This document shows, piece by piece, positions 51,498 to 60,611 of a DNA stretch of 64,000 nucleotides. Within the stretch, counting starts at the first letter, position 1. Every line of letters begins with the position of its first letter. The stretch comes from an uncultured Myxococcales bacterium (lineage in GTDB: Bacteria > Myxococcota_A > Polyangia > Fen-1088). The notes beneath the pieces are model-generated. The model had not been told where the DNA came from, did no database searches, and was given only the letters and a program-made list of their open reading frames with translations. A program made the translations under genes and the position numbers. Location of the stretch: the NCBI GenBank assembly GCA_964571275.1, contig CAZNCQ010000011.1, positions 1-64,000 of the forward strand, given 5' to 3'.

Positions 51498-53813
51498 CTA
51501 CGGGTAGCTCGGCGAGCAGCTGATGCAGCTGATGCCGGTGGCGTTCGTGACCGTCCAGACCGTGCTCTGCGAGTTGCTCACGAAGGTCAGTCCGGTGAAC
51601 ACGCCGGTGTTGAACTGATCGATCGAAGCGCCCTTGGTCTTGGTGAGAGTGACGTTGGTCAGGTTGATGTGGTTGTGCTGCATGTTCGACAGGCCGTGGA
51701 TCCAGAGACCGTAGCCCTTGGCCGTCGACACGGTGATGTTGCTCAGGTTGATGTTCTGGAACACGCCGGGGATGCTGGCGGCGGCGTAGCCGCTGCCGGC
51801 CGGGTAGCTGCTGTCGAACAGGATGGCGTCGGTGGCGATGCTGGTCATGGTGATATCGCGCGCGGTCACCAGCGTGGCGCCGCCGCCGCGATCCGAGCCG
51901 GTCTTGAAGCGCAGGCCGATATCGGTGCCGTTGAAGGTCGAATCCTCGACGAGCACGTTCTTGATCCAGCCCGCGGTGAAGCTGCCGAAGACCACGCCGC
52001 CGTGGCCGCGGTTGGTGAGGACGTTGAAGACGCGGATGTTGTTGTCGGGCTTGTTCTCGGTGACGCCGGGGGCGCTGGTGCCGGCATTGAGGTTGACGCA
52101 GTCGTCGCCGGTGTCGAACGTCGAGTTGAAGATGTACGCGGTGTCGGTGGTGGCCAGGTCGATGCCGTCGGCGTTGTGGATGCCGTAGGTGCTGACGTTG
52201 ATGCCGTTGACGGTGACGTTGGTGCTGTAGCTGATGAAGATCGTGTGCTCCGACGGATGCACGATGTTGAGGCCGCCGCCCAGGAACAGGCCGTTCACGC
52301 CCTTGGCGGTGATCAAGTCGCCGCGCGCGGTGTCGCCCTTGGCGTTGGTCTGCGCCGTCCCGAGCGTGGTCAAGCTGGCGCCGCTGCTGTAGGTGCCGCC
52401 GTCAATGGTTCCGGTGCCGGTGATGCGCACGTTGCTCATCGAGCCGTACGTCGTCGTGTACGCGTTCACGAGACCCATGTAGTTCGCGTTGGTGTAGTAC
52501 GGGAAGCGCCAGCTCGTGTACGGGTAGTCCGCCAGCAAGTCGCTGCCCTTGAGCGTGCCGTCGATCTGCAGGGTCATGTTGCTCTTGAGCATGATGGCGC
52601 CCGACACGAACGTGCCGGCCGGGACCAGGACGGTGCCGCCCGCGGGGCAGGCGTTGATGGCGGCTTGAATCGCCAGCGCGTTGGTGGCGCCGCTGGCCGA
52701 CGTCGACGCCGAGTACGGCGACGAGGTGATGTTGATGACCGTCGGCGCCGCCGGGGTGGTCACCGCCAGCGCGTTGCTGTCGGCCGAGAGCGCGCCGCTG
52801 CCCGAGACCGCCTTGACGGTGAACGACGTCGTGGTGCTCGGCGCGAGGCCGGTCACCGTGTAGAACAGCTTCGTGGTGTTGCCGAGCAGCGCGCCGCTCT
52901 TGTAGATGTTGTAGCTGGCGACGTTGGAGTAGGTCGACGGCTTCGACCAGATCAGCGTGGTGCCGGTGCTGGTGGTCGAGACCGGCGGGACCATGAGCGT
53001 CTGCGGCGCGCTCGGTGTGCCGCCGCCGACAGCGCCGCCCGTGCCGGTCGCGCCGCCCGTGCTGGTCGTGCCGCCGGTGCCGGTCGCGCCGCCGGTGCCG
53101 GTCGTGCCGCCCGCGCCTGCGCTGCCGCCCGCGCCCGACGAGCCGCCGCTGCCGCCGGCCGCGCCGGTCGCGACGGTGACGTAGTCGAACTCGGCGTTGG
53201 CGCCGTAGGTGCCGAACGCCAGCTTGCCGGCCGCGGTGACCTGGCTGCTGCTGGTGTCCGAGTAGGTCTTCTTGAGCACGCCGTTCAGGTACATGTTCAG
53301 AGTCACCGGGTTGGATCCGGTGATCGTGAGCCGAACCGTGTTCCAGGTGCCGGTGGTCAGGCTGGCGCCGACGCTGGTCAGCGTGGTGAGACTGCCGTTG
53401 TAGCGGCGATCGATCGCGATCGAGCCGCCACCGCGCACGACCGCCAGGTACGCATTGGCGCCGGTGCCGGACTGGATGCCCGAGTGGCGGCCGTAGACGC
53501 CGGCGAGGTAGGTCGAGCTCGACGAGCTGAACGCGTTGACCTTGATCTTGATCTCGATGTCCTGGTCGGCGCTGGACATCGCCGGTCCCATGACGTCGTT
53601 GTACGACGCGGTGGTCACGTTGCGCTCGAGCGCCTTGACGCTGCCGTCGGTGACGACTACCCACTCCGACGCGGTGGGCGCCGACCAGCCGTTGGCGTTG
53701 CCGTCCTCGAAATCATCCGAGAACGTGGCTGCCGCGTGGCCGCTGATGGAAAGCAATCCCACCGCCGCACCCGCCAACAACCCCGACGTCACCCGAGCTT
53801 GCGTCAATCGCAT
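51498..53813 (-). CDS. secreted multidomain polygalacturonase: LamG-like/DUF1080-like module + Gly-rich linker + FN3-like + GH28 catalytic domain
   Basis: Signal peptide; N-terminal FSDDFEDGNANGW... module paralogous to the downstream gene; GH28 motifs NADGIDL, GDDCVNLN, RGHGGVVFGS, GLRFKT (NTD / G.DD / G.HG / R.K pattern). Confidence 0.75.
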   Translation of the reverse strand: MRLTQARVTSGLLAGAAVGLLSISGHAAATFSDDFEDGNANGWSAPTASEWVVVTDGSVKALERNVTTASYNDVMGPAMSSADQDIEIKIKVNAFSSSSSTYLAGVYGRHSGIQSGTGANAYLAVVRGGGSIAIDRRYNGSLTTLTSVGASLTTGTWNTVRLTITGSNPVTLNMYLNGVLKKTYSDTSSSQVTAAGKLAFGTYGANAEFDYVTVATGAAGGSGGSSGAGGSAGAGGTTGTGGATGTGGTTSTGGATGTGGAVGGGTPSAPQTLMVPPVSTTSTGTTLIWSKPSTYSNVASYNIYKSGALLGNTTKLFYTVTGLAPSTTTSFTVKAVSGSGALSADSNALAVTTPAAPTVINITSSPYSASTSASGATNALAIQAAINACPAGGTVLVPAGTFVSGAIMLKSNMTLQIDGTLKGSDLLADYPYTSWRFPYYTNANYMGLVNAYTTTYGSMSNVRITGTGTIDGGTYSSGASLTTLGTAQTNAKGDTARGDLITAKGVNGLFLGGGLNIVHPSEHTIFISYSTNVTVNGINVSTYGIHNADGIDLATTDTAYIFNSTFDTGDDCVNLNAGTSAPGVTENKPDNNIRVFNVLTNRGHGGVVFGSFTAGWIKNVLVEDSTFNGTDIGLRFKTGSDRGGGATLVTARDITMTSIATDAILFDSSYPAGSGYAAASIPGVFQNINLSNITVSTAKGYGLWIHGLSNMQHNHINLTNVTLTKTKGASIDQFNTGVFTGLTFVSNSQSTVWTVTNATGISCISCSPSYP

Positions 53814-53868
53814 CGTTGATCCCTTTCGAGCAAAATTCGTTCCGTTGAGAGAACCGGTTCACGGCGCG

Positions 53869-54546
53869 CTAGTAGGTCATCCAGCTCTCGGAGCCGATGA
53901 CGTCGCCGTTGGTGACCACAAAGCTGTCGAACGAAGCGTCGGTCCCGAACGTACCGACACCGACCTGGCCGTTGGCGATCCAGGAGTTGGCGTCGACGGC
54001 GGTGACGCGCAGAACGCCGTTCAGGTACGCGTTCAGGCGCACCGGGTTGGCGCCAATGACCTCGAGGCGAATGCGGTAAAACGAACCGGCGATCATTCCG
54101 GCGGCCGGAAAGCTCGACAACGTCGTATTGACGCCGTTCGTGCGCTTGTTGATGCCGATCGAGCCGTCACCACGCACGGTCACGAAATAGCCGTTGGTGG
54201 TCGAGGGCGAATTGCCCGAATAGCGCGCGTAAACCGCGGCCAGGTAGGTTGGATCGCCGGCGACGAGCCAGCGGTTCACCTTCACGGTCGCCTCGACCGA
54301 GGTGTCGGTCCACGCGTACTGGCCGATCAGGCTGTCGTTCCAGGTCGCGGTCGTCGCGGTCCGGTGGTAGGTGAACTCGACGCCGTCGCTGTCGACCGAC
54401 CACTCCGGGGCGTTGGTCGGCGTCCAGCCGGTCGAATTGCCGTCGCTGAAGTCGTCGGAGAACAGCGTCGTCGTCGTCGCGCGCGCATCGACGCTGGCGA
54501 CCGCGATCGAGAAGCCGACGAGCAGAGCCAAAGCCTTCGAAGTCAT
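53869..54546 (-). CDS. secreted LamG-like/DUF1080-like protein, standalone paralog of the GH28 N-terminal module
   Basis: Signal peptide (MTSKALALLVGFSIAVASVDA); LFSDDFSDGNSTGWTPTNAPEWSV...AAVYARYSG...YFVTVRGDGSIGINKR... aligns with residues ~30-220 of the upstream gene. Confidence 0.6.
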   Translation of the reverse strand: MTSKALALLVGFSIAVASVDARATTTTLFSDDFSDGNSTGWTPTNAPEWSVDSDGVEFTYHRTATTATWNDSLIGQYAWTDTSVEATVKVNRWLVAGDPTYLAAVYARYSGNSPSTTNGYFVTVRGDGSIGINKRTNGVNTTLSSFPAAGMIAGSFYRIRLEVIGANPVRLNAYLNGVLRVTAVDANSWIANGQVGVGTFGTDASFDSFVVTNGDVIGSESWMTY

Positions 54547-54836
54547 CTGTGGGCGCGAGGCGCGGTCGTACATCCGTGGTCTCCTTTGTTGGCGAACCGC
54601 TTCCGCGGCCCGACATTGCTTCCAACTGAAGCAGTAAGTGGGCCAACGTTTCCTAACGCCGGAGATGGTGGTTTATTGCGGGTCTAGCGCGCTCATTACC
54701 GCTGCCCTGTTGTGATCACTGCAACTGGGACGAACACGCTGTTGTCGTGCCGGCGACACCCATGCAGCGCGTAGGCGTGGCGCGACAATCGGGTCCGGCG
54801 TGGGTCGTGAGGCGCGAAGGCGCGCGATTGGCGCGA

Positions 54837-55586
54837 CTACTTCTTCGGCTTCTTCGCCTTGGCCGCGCCCGTCAACCCGGTATGGCCAGGGGCGTCAGCG
54901 CTCTTGCCAGGCGAGCTCGCACCGGCGCCGCCGGCCCGATCGCCAGACTCGAGCGCGCGCGAGAGCGCAGAATCGAGCGAGGCGCCGCGCGACCGCATGT
55001 TGCGGCCCAGCGCCTCGAGCGCGTCGGCGCGGCTCACCGTCTGCTCGGTGCGAATCGCCTCGAGACCGGCAACGACACGACCCAGCGACGGCGCGTCGCG
55101 ATCGGCGATCTCCTGCACCAGCGACGCCGATGGGCGGCTCGGATAGCCGCGAACGGTCAAATCGGTCACGACCTCGATGGCGCGCGCGACCACCGCGTCG
55201 CCTTCGTGCGACGCCGCGAGCGGCGCGATCGCCTCGGGCTCCACGCCCGCCATGCGCGCCTCGGTGACCACGCGCACCAGCGCCAGTGATGGCGACGGCG
55301 ACGGCGACGGCGACGCCGCGCGGTGGGCGCGCAGCAGCGCCGCCGACGCGCTCAGGTTCTGCGCCAATCGCTGCGCCACGTCGCGGATGACCTCGGGCGC
55401 GACGCCCTTGGCCAGGCCCTCGCGCACCTTGCTCACGACCATGTCGGCAGGCAGCCCCTCGTGCGAGACCCTGGACAGGGTCCTTTCCAGGTCAGCCCGT
55501 ACCGGCCCCAGGCGCGGATCGGCGGGCAGCGCCGGCTCCGCCGCCGCCGTGGCCGCGAGCAACAGGGAAAAGAGAGCGATGCCCAT
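54837..55586 (-). CDS. hypothetical secreted protein with (SP)n tract and Lys-rich C-terminus
   Basis: Start MGIALFSLLLAATAAA (signal peptide); helical Ala/Arg-rich; SPSPSPSPS encoded by (GGCGAC)4; ends KAKKPKK; extracted from a longer spurious ORF. Confidence 0.45.
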   Translation of the reverse strand: MGIALFSLLLAATAAAEPALPADPRLGPVRADLERTLSRVSHEGLPADMVVSKVREGLAKGVAPEVIRDVAQRLAQNLSASAALLRAHRAASPSPSPSPSLALVRVVTEARMAGVEPEAIAPLAASHEGDAVVARAIEVVTDLTVRGYPSRPSASLVQEIADRDAPSLGRVVAGLEAIRTEQTVSRADALEALGRNMRSRGASLDSALSRALESGDRAGGAGASSPGKSADAPGHTGLTGAAKAKKPKK

Positions 55587-55624
55587 GTATCGACGATGCC
55601 CCTTCCTCGAGCTACGACGCAACG

Positions 55625-56887
55625 TCATCGGCGATACACCGAATCGGCACCGACGGCCAACACGCCATCCTCGCCTCCGAAGCCGTCGGGCAGATAGCGC
55701 GGGGCATCGACCGGCCGCACCGACCGCCCGTCGACCAGGAAGTGGTAGCGGTGGTCGCCGGCGCCGACGTCGACCCAACCTTCCCAGAGATCGGGATCGC
55801 CCGTCGCGCGCAGCCGCTGCCGGGACTGATCGGACGCCCAGTCGTTCCAGGAGCCGATGACCTCGACCGTCGCCGCGCCACGCGCCCGTAAGCGAAAACG
55901 CACGCGGTCCTTCTCGATGAGGGGCGCCTCTCCGCCGTCGCCGACGGGCGCGGCTGTGACGCGCACCGGCGATGCGGCCAGGTGGCCCACCAGCGCCAGC
56001 GTCAGGACCTGGCGCGAATAGTCCGATGACGCCGAGACCGCGCGGTTGAGCAGCGCCTCGTAACGGCCGACCACATCGATGGCGGCGGCGGCGCGCACCG
56101 AGACGGCCAGCGTGCCGCCAAGCTGCCGGTCGGTCTCCACGCCTTCGGTGCTCTGCGTCCCGGCCCACACCGCCGCGCTCGTGGTGACCGTGGCGACCGG
56201 AATGTACGAGACGCTGGAGCCGCCGCGGAAGCGCCGCAACGACCCGGCGGTCTGCGTGGGATCGAAGAGGTCGGAGCGCAGCGACAGGTACTCGCCGTCC
56301 AGGCCGACGTCGACGCTCGCCGTCGGCGACCAGATCGCCGCCAGCCGCGCCGATTGGCCGAGATCCCCGCGCACCTGCAGCGCCGTCGCGTCGACGAACT
56401 GGCGCCGGTCGATCTCGTAGCTGGCCGCCGCGCGCAACCTGTCGCGCGCGCGCAACGTCAGCTGCGCGCGCCCGCCCCACGACCAGAAGCTGTCCGTGGT
56501 GAACTGCCCGGCGTCGAAACGCCCGCCCGTGGCCGCCACGCGCAGGGCGAAGGGCCCGATCTCGGCAACGATGAGCGATAGGTCGGCGTCCTGCAGATAG
56601 AGCACCCCTGCGCCAAAGGTTTGAATCACGTCGGCGCCGTAGCGCAGCTCGAAGCGGTAGTCGCTACCGATGACCGCGCCGGCCAGCATGGGATGCGCGC
56701 GAACGAACGCTCCCCGATACGCGTGAAAGTTCGGGCTGTCGGGGCTGGCGGCTATTTGCAGGAACAGGTTCGTGTCGTAGCCTGCCGCAGCTTCCATCTC
56801 GGCGCTGGCCGACCCATGAACCGGCGGGGCCGCCGAGGCGACGCTGCACACCGCGAGGAGTGAGAGAGCGACGCACGCACGAAGCAC
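55625..56887 (-). CDS. secreted protein: beta-strand-rich (barrel-like) N-terminal region + C-terminal CBM48/AMPK-beta glycogen-binding-like domain
   Basis: Signal peptide; alternating hydrophobic beta-strand pattern; C-terminus VRFRLRARGAATVEVIGSWNDWASDQ...HRYHFLVDGRSVRPVDAP...DGFGGEDGVL homologous to the C-terminus of the upstream anti-sigma factor. Confidence 0.5.
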   Translation of the reverse strand: MLRACVALSLLAVCSVASAAPPVHGSASAEMEAAAGYDTNLFLQIAASPDSPNFHAYRGAFVRAHPMLAGAVIGSDYRFELRYGADVIQTFGAGVLYLQDADLSLIVAEIGPFALRVAATGGRFDAGQFTTDSFWSWGGRAQLTLRARDRLRAAASYEIDRRQFVDATALQVRGDLGQSARLAAIWSPTASVDVGLDGEYLSLRSDLFDPTQTAGSLRRFRGGSSVSYIPVATVTTSAAVWAGTQSTEGVETDRQLGGTLAVSVRAAAAIDVVGRYEALLNRAVSASSDYSRQVLTLALVGHLAASPVRVTAAPVGDGGEAPLIEKDRVRFRLRARGAATVEVIGSWNDWASDQSRQRLRATGDPDLWEGWVDVGAGDHRYHFLVDGRSVRPVDAPRYLPDGFGGEDGVLAVGADSVYRR

Positions 56888-56916
56888 CGCGTGTCGAGAA
56901 TATCATCAGATGCTCG

Positions 56917-57504
56917 TTACAACCGCAGCAGGGCGTTCTGGCGGCCGAACCCGTCGTCGCGGCGCTCGCCGGCGGCCGGGTCGGTGATCCACTGGCCGTC
57001 GACGACGAACATGTACTCGTAGTCGCCCGGCGGCAGCTCGAGCGTGCCGACGAAGACGCCGTCGGCGGTCGCCGGCTCGAGCACCGTCTCGTCGGCGCGC
57101 CACTGGTTGAACGAGCCGGCCAGCGCGACCCGCCGGGCGCCCTTGGCCAGCAACTGAAAGCGCACGCGCACCGGCGCGACGCCCGCGACGCCCGCGGGCG
57201 TGGCCGGCGCAATCACGACGGCAACCGGCTGGGCGGCGCGCGGCGGCGTCGCGACCCGCATCAACAAGACGGCCGCGAGCGCCAAGCCCAGCGTCGCGGC
57301 GCTCGCACCCAGCGGTGTCACGCGCAGGCGGATCACGAACGGCCGCTGCAGCCACCGCCAGACACTGGGAGGCCGCGGCTCCTCGATGCGCCGCATGACA
57401 CCGGCGACCAGCGACGGCGGCGGTGTGACGTCCCGCAGCTTGGCGAGATCCGGATCCGGTCCCGGCTCGGCGAGATCGCGCGCGTCGCCCGGCGTTGCCT
57501 TCAT
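56917..57504 (-). CDS. anti-sigma factor (single TM) with periplasmic CBM48/AMPK-beta-GBD-like domain
   Basis: ATGA overlap with the ECF sigma gene; cytoplasmic N-terminus, one TM (LGASAATLGLALAAVLLM), C-terminal VRVRFQLLAKGARRVALAGSFNQWRADE...GDYEYMFVVDGQWITDPAAGERRDDGFGRQNALL. Confidence 0.55.
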   Translation of the reverse strand: MKATPGDARDLAEPGPDPDLAKLRDVTPPPSLVAGVMRRIEEPRPPSVWRWLQRPFVIRLRVTPLGASAATLGLALAAVLLMRVATPPRAAQPVAVVIAPATPAGVAGVAPVRVRFQLLAKGARRVALAGSFNQWRADETVLEPATADGVFVGTLELPPGDYEYMFVVDGQWITDPAAGERRDDGFGRQNALLRL

Positions 57505-58168
57505 GGCTGGCTGTCCTGGTCGAGCAGCTTCTGCATCATCGCGCGGCCCCGCACGACGCGAATCTTGAGCGTGGTGATCGGCAGGCGCAAGATCGCGTGG
57601 ATCTCGTCGTAGGGAAGCTCCTCGACGTCCTTCAGGATCAAGACCTCGCGATACTTCACGGGAACGCGCAGCAGTGCGCGTTCGAGGCGCCGCACCTGCT
57701 CGCCGCGCAGCGCATGGGCTTCCGGCGTCGCGGGCTCGTGCGCGAACGACGCTTCGCCGCCGCCGACGTCGCGGTCCAGCGGCTCTTCGCTCCAGCGCTT
57801 CGACTTGAGCACGTCCTTTGCCCGATTGACCGCGATGCGGACCAGCCAGGTCGAGAACGCGTGCGGGCGCCCGTCGCCGCGAAATCGATCGAGCGCGTCG
57901 AACGCGTCGACGAAGGCCTGTTGCGCGACGTCCTCGGCTTCGGCGCGGCCGCCCAGCATGCGCAGCGCGACCGAGAAGATCAGCCGCTGATACCGCTGCA
58001 CCAGCGGGCGAAAGGCGTCGGCCTCGCCCGCGAGGCAGCGGGCGATGAGCGTTTGTTCCTCGCGATCCGTGGCGCTGGCCGGCGCCGGCGCCGCCGCGGG
58101 CGCAGCCGCCGTCAGTGTGATCGCGCCCGACACGCCGGAGGTACGAGCGTTGGGGTCGTCAGGATGCA
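57501..58168 (-). CDS. ECF (group IV) sigma-70 factor
   Basis: Region 2 (QTLIARCLAGEADAFRPLVQRYQRLIFSVALRMLGGRAEAEDVAQQAFVDAF) and region 4 (YREVLILKDVEELPYDEIHAILRLPITTLKIRVVRGRAMM); 5' start uncertain (GTG near 58168 in an AT-richer divergent promoter region). Confidence 0.8.
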
Positions 58169-58299
58169 CCTTTTTTAGAGTATTCCGATATGGGCGATCC
58201 GGGAATGCCGTCGCGGCTTTTCTGTATCGAACGCGAGCGCGAGTCGTTGTCCGTGCGACCGACGCGCGGGCACACGCGCGTCGAGTCGAAGGAGCATCC

Positions 58300-59211
58300 A
58301 TGAAGGTCCAGAACCCGTTTTGGTATCTCGCCGTCCTGTCCGTGCTCGCGTTCGAGCTCTCTCCCAGCGGTTGCAACGATTCCAGCGCTCCCGGGAACGG
58401 CGGCAGCGGCATGGGCGGCAATGGTGGGACATCGACCGACGCCGGCGCCTCGGGCAACGGAGGCGATGGCCATGCCGACGGCGGCACCGACGGCCCGACG
58501 TTGGGCGTTGACGCGAGCGGCAAGCTCACGATTGGACATACCCAGTGCAGCGACGGCATCGACAACGACGGCGATGGCTTGATTGATTACGCCGATCCGG
58601 AATGCGTTGGCCCCAACGACAACGATGAGAGCTCGTTTGCGACCGGCATCCCCGGCGACAATGTCGACGCCTGCAAGCAAGACTGTTTCTTCGACGGCAA
58701 TTCGGGCATGGGGGACGACCATTGTTTGTGGCAGCTCAAATGCGATCCGCTTTCGCAAAGCGCGAGCTGCCCCTACGATCCGGCCTACGCCGCGCAACAC
58801 GCCACGGAGTGCTCGGTCTCGAGCTCGCAATCGCAAGCTTGCATCGACAGCTGCCGCAAGCTGGTGCCGAACGGCTGCGATTGCTTCGGCTGCTGTCAGA
58901 TTCCGGGCGCGCCGACCGCGATCCGACTGGCGGCGACGTGCACGGCGGCCAAGTTCAACGATCCCACAGCCTGTCCGCCGTGCACGCAGGTCACCCAGTG
59001 CGCGAACACCTGCGAGCACTGCGAGATCTGCGTCGGCAAACCGACGCTGCCGCCCGATTGCGGCCCGGTCGTCGACGCCGGCGGCACGACGCCGCCCCCG
59101 CCGGTCTGCCCAGGGACGTCGCAGGCCTGTGGCCCGGGCGGCATCGATCCCGCGGCTTGCCCCACGGGGACCGGCTGCATCACCGGCTGCTGCCTCAATC
59201 TGGTCCCGTAG
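58300..59211 (+). CDS. cysteine-rich lipoprotein (myxobacterial Cys-rich repeat-like)
   Basis: GAAGGAG RBS; lipobox LSPSGC; Gly/Asn-rich linker; CSDGIDNDGDGLIDYADPEC-type Cys-rich repeats; 36 Cys in the mature part. Confidence 0.6.
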   Translation: MKVQNPFWYLAVLSVLAFELSPSGCNDSSAPGNGGSGMGGNGGTSTDAGASGNGGDGHADGGTDGPTLGVDASGKLTIGHTQCSDGIDNDGDGLIDYADPECVGPNDNDESSFATGIPGDNVDACKQDCFFDGNSGMGDDHCLWQLKCDPLSQSASCPYDPAYAAQHATECSVSSSQSQACIDSCRKLVPNGCDCFGCCQIPGAPTAIRLAATCTAAKFNDPTACPPCTQVTQCANTCEHCEICVGKPTLPPDCGPVVDAGGTTPPPPVCPGTSQACGPGGIDPAACPTGTGCITGCCLNLVP

Positions 59212-59287
59212 GCCGGGAGCGCTCAGCCACCGACGGATGGCGGGTGCCGTGCTGACCCGCGGCGCGAGACCGGGTAGATTTCGCGCC

Positions 59288-59710
59288 ATGCGATACCTCC
59301 ATACGATGCTGCGGGTGCGCGACCTCGATGCCGCGCTGAAGTTCTTCGGCACCTTGGGCCTGCGCGAGACGCGCCGCCAGCCCAACGAGGCGGGTCGGTT
59401 CACGCTGGTCTTTCTCGGCAGCGGCGCCCCCGACGACCCGGCCGAGATCGAGCTCACCTACAATTGGGATCAGAAAGACCCCTACCCCACCGGGCGCTTC
59501 TTCGGCCACCTGGCGTTCGAGGTCGACGACATCTACCAGTTCTGTGAGCGCATCGAGGCGAACGGCGTCGAGGTGCTGCGGCCACCCCGCGACGGGCGGA
59601 TGGCGTTCGTCAAATCGCCCGACGGGCACTCGGTCGAGCTGCTGCAACGCGGCCCGGCGCTCGAGAAGCGCGAGCCGTGGGCGTCGCGCGCCAATCGCGG
59701 TGAATGGTAG
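59288..59710 (+). CDS. gloA: lactoylglutathione lyase (glyoxalase I)
   Basis: MRYLHTMLRVRDLDAALKFFGTLGLRE...ELTYNWD...GHLAFEVDDIYQFCERIEANGVEV...PDGHSVELL: near-textbook GloA sequence. Confidence 0.8.
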   Translation: MRYLHTMLRVRDLDAALKFFGTLGLRETRRQPNEAGRFTLVFLGSGAPDDPAEIELTYNWDQKDPYPTGRFFGHLAFEVDDIYQFCERIEANGVEVLRPPRDGRMAFVKSPDGHSVELLQRGPALEKREPWASRANRGEW

Positions 59711-59719
59711 GCGTTGGCC

Positions 59720-60265
59720 ATGAAGCTCGCCGAAAAGGCAGCAACGAAGATCCTCGAGCCGACGCAGCACCGGTTCGAGGACGACACCGTCTTCCCGAAC
59801 AGCCGCCTGCCGGTGCTCATCTATCGCGCGGCGATCGTCGCTGACGTCGTTGCGGCCAGGGGCGCGGCGTTCGAGGAGCTGTTCGAGGCGCACGGCTGGT
59901 CGTCGGCGTGGCGCAACGGGCTTTACACCGTGCACCACTATCACAGCACCGCGCACGAGGTGCTGGGCATCTTCCAGGGCTGGGTGACGGCGCGGCTGGG
60001 CGGGCCGCGCGGCCAGACCGTGCGGCTGCAAGCGGGCGACGTGGTGATCATCCCGGCCGGCGTCGCGCACAAGAACGACGGCGCCAGCTCCGACTTCCGC
60101 GTGGTCGGCGCCTATCCCGACGGGACCGGGCCCGACATGCAGTACGGTAAGCCGGGCGAGCGTCCGGGCACCGATCGCAACATCGCCGCGGTGCCGGCGC
60201 CCGCCGCGGATCCCCTGCACGGCAGCGCGGGTCCGCTCATGCGACTGTGGCGGCGCGCGACGTAG
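59720..60265 (+). CDS. cupin-domain protein
   Basis: HYHSTAHEVLGIFQGWVTARLGG...GDVVIIPAGVAHKN cupin two-motif pattern; ATG at 59720 (the track's 59714 codon is TTG). Confidence 0.55.
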   Translation: MKLAEKAATKILEPTQHRFEDDTVFPNSRLPVLIYRAAIVADVVAARGAAFEELFEAHGWSSAWRNGLYTVHHYHSTAHEVLGIFQGWVTARLGGPRGQTVRLQAGDVVIIPAGVAHKNDGASSDFRVVGAYPDGTGPDMQYGKPGERPGTDRNIAAVPAPAADPLHGSAGPLMRLWRRAT

Positions 60266-60275
60266 GGGCTGACTC

Positions 60276-60503
60276 ATGGGACGCAAGCAGAAGCACGCAC
60301 GGAGGGCCAGAGCGGGCGGTGGCGGTGGCGGGGCGCTCACGCGCTTGCGCGGCGGCTTCCGCTCGACGGTCCACAGCGCGACCGGCGCGAGCAAGCCGCG
60401 GCCGACGACGCCCCTGCGCCGCACGATCACGAACCTGATCACGATCGCGCTGGTGATCGCGGCGGCGGCGTTCCTGCTGCGGCGGTTCGGCGTGCTCCAC
60501 TAG
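60276..60503 (+). CDS. possible small tail-anchored membrane protein (75 aa)
   Basis: Arg/Gly-rich N-terminus and one C-terminal TM (LITIALVIAAAAFLL); weak support. Confidence 0.25.
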   Translation: MGRKQKHARRARAGGGGGGALTRLRGGFRSTVHSATGASKPRPTTPLRRTITNLITIALVIAAAAFLLRRFGVLH

Positions 60504-60611
60504 AGTGCTGTCGTAGTTACGACGTATTTGTCTCGATGAAACCCGGCGTTTACCTGGCGTAGATACTATGCGGGCTGTCTCGCCCTGACGCTCGGGCGAA
60601 GAAGGAGACAC

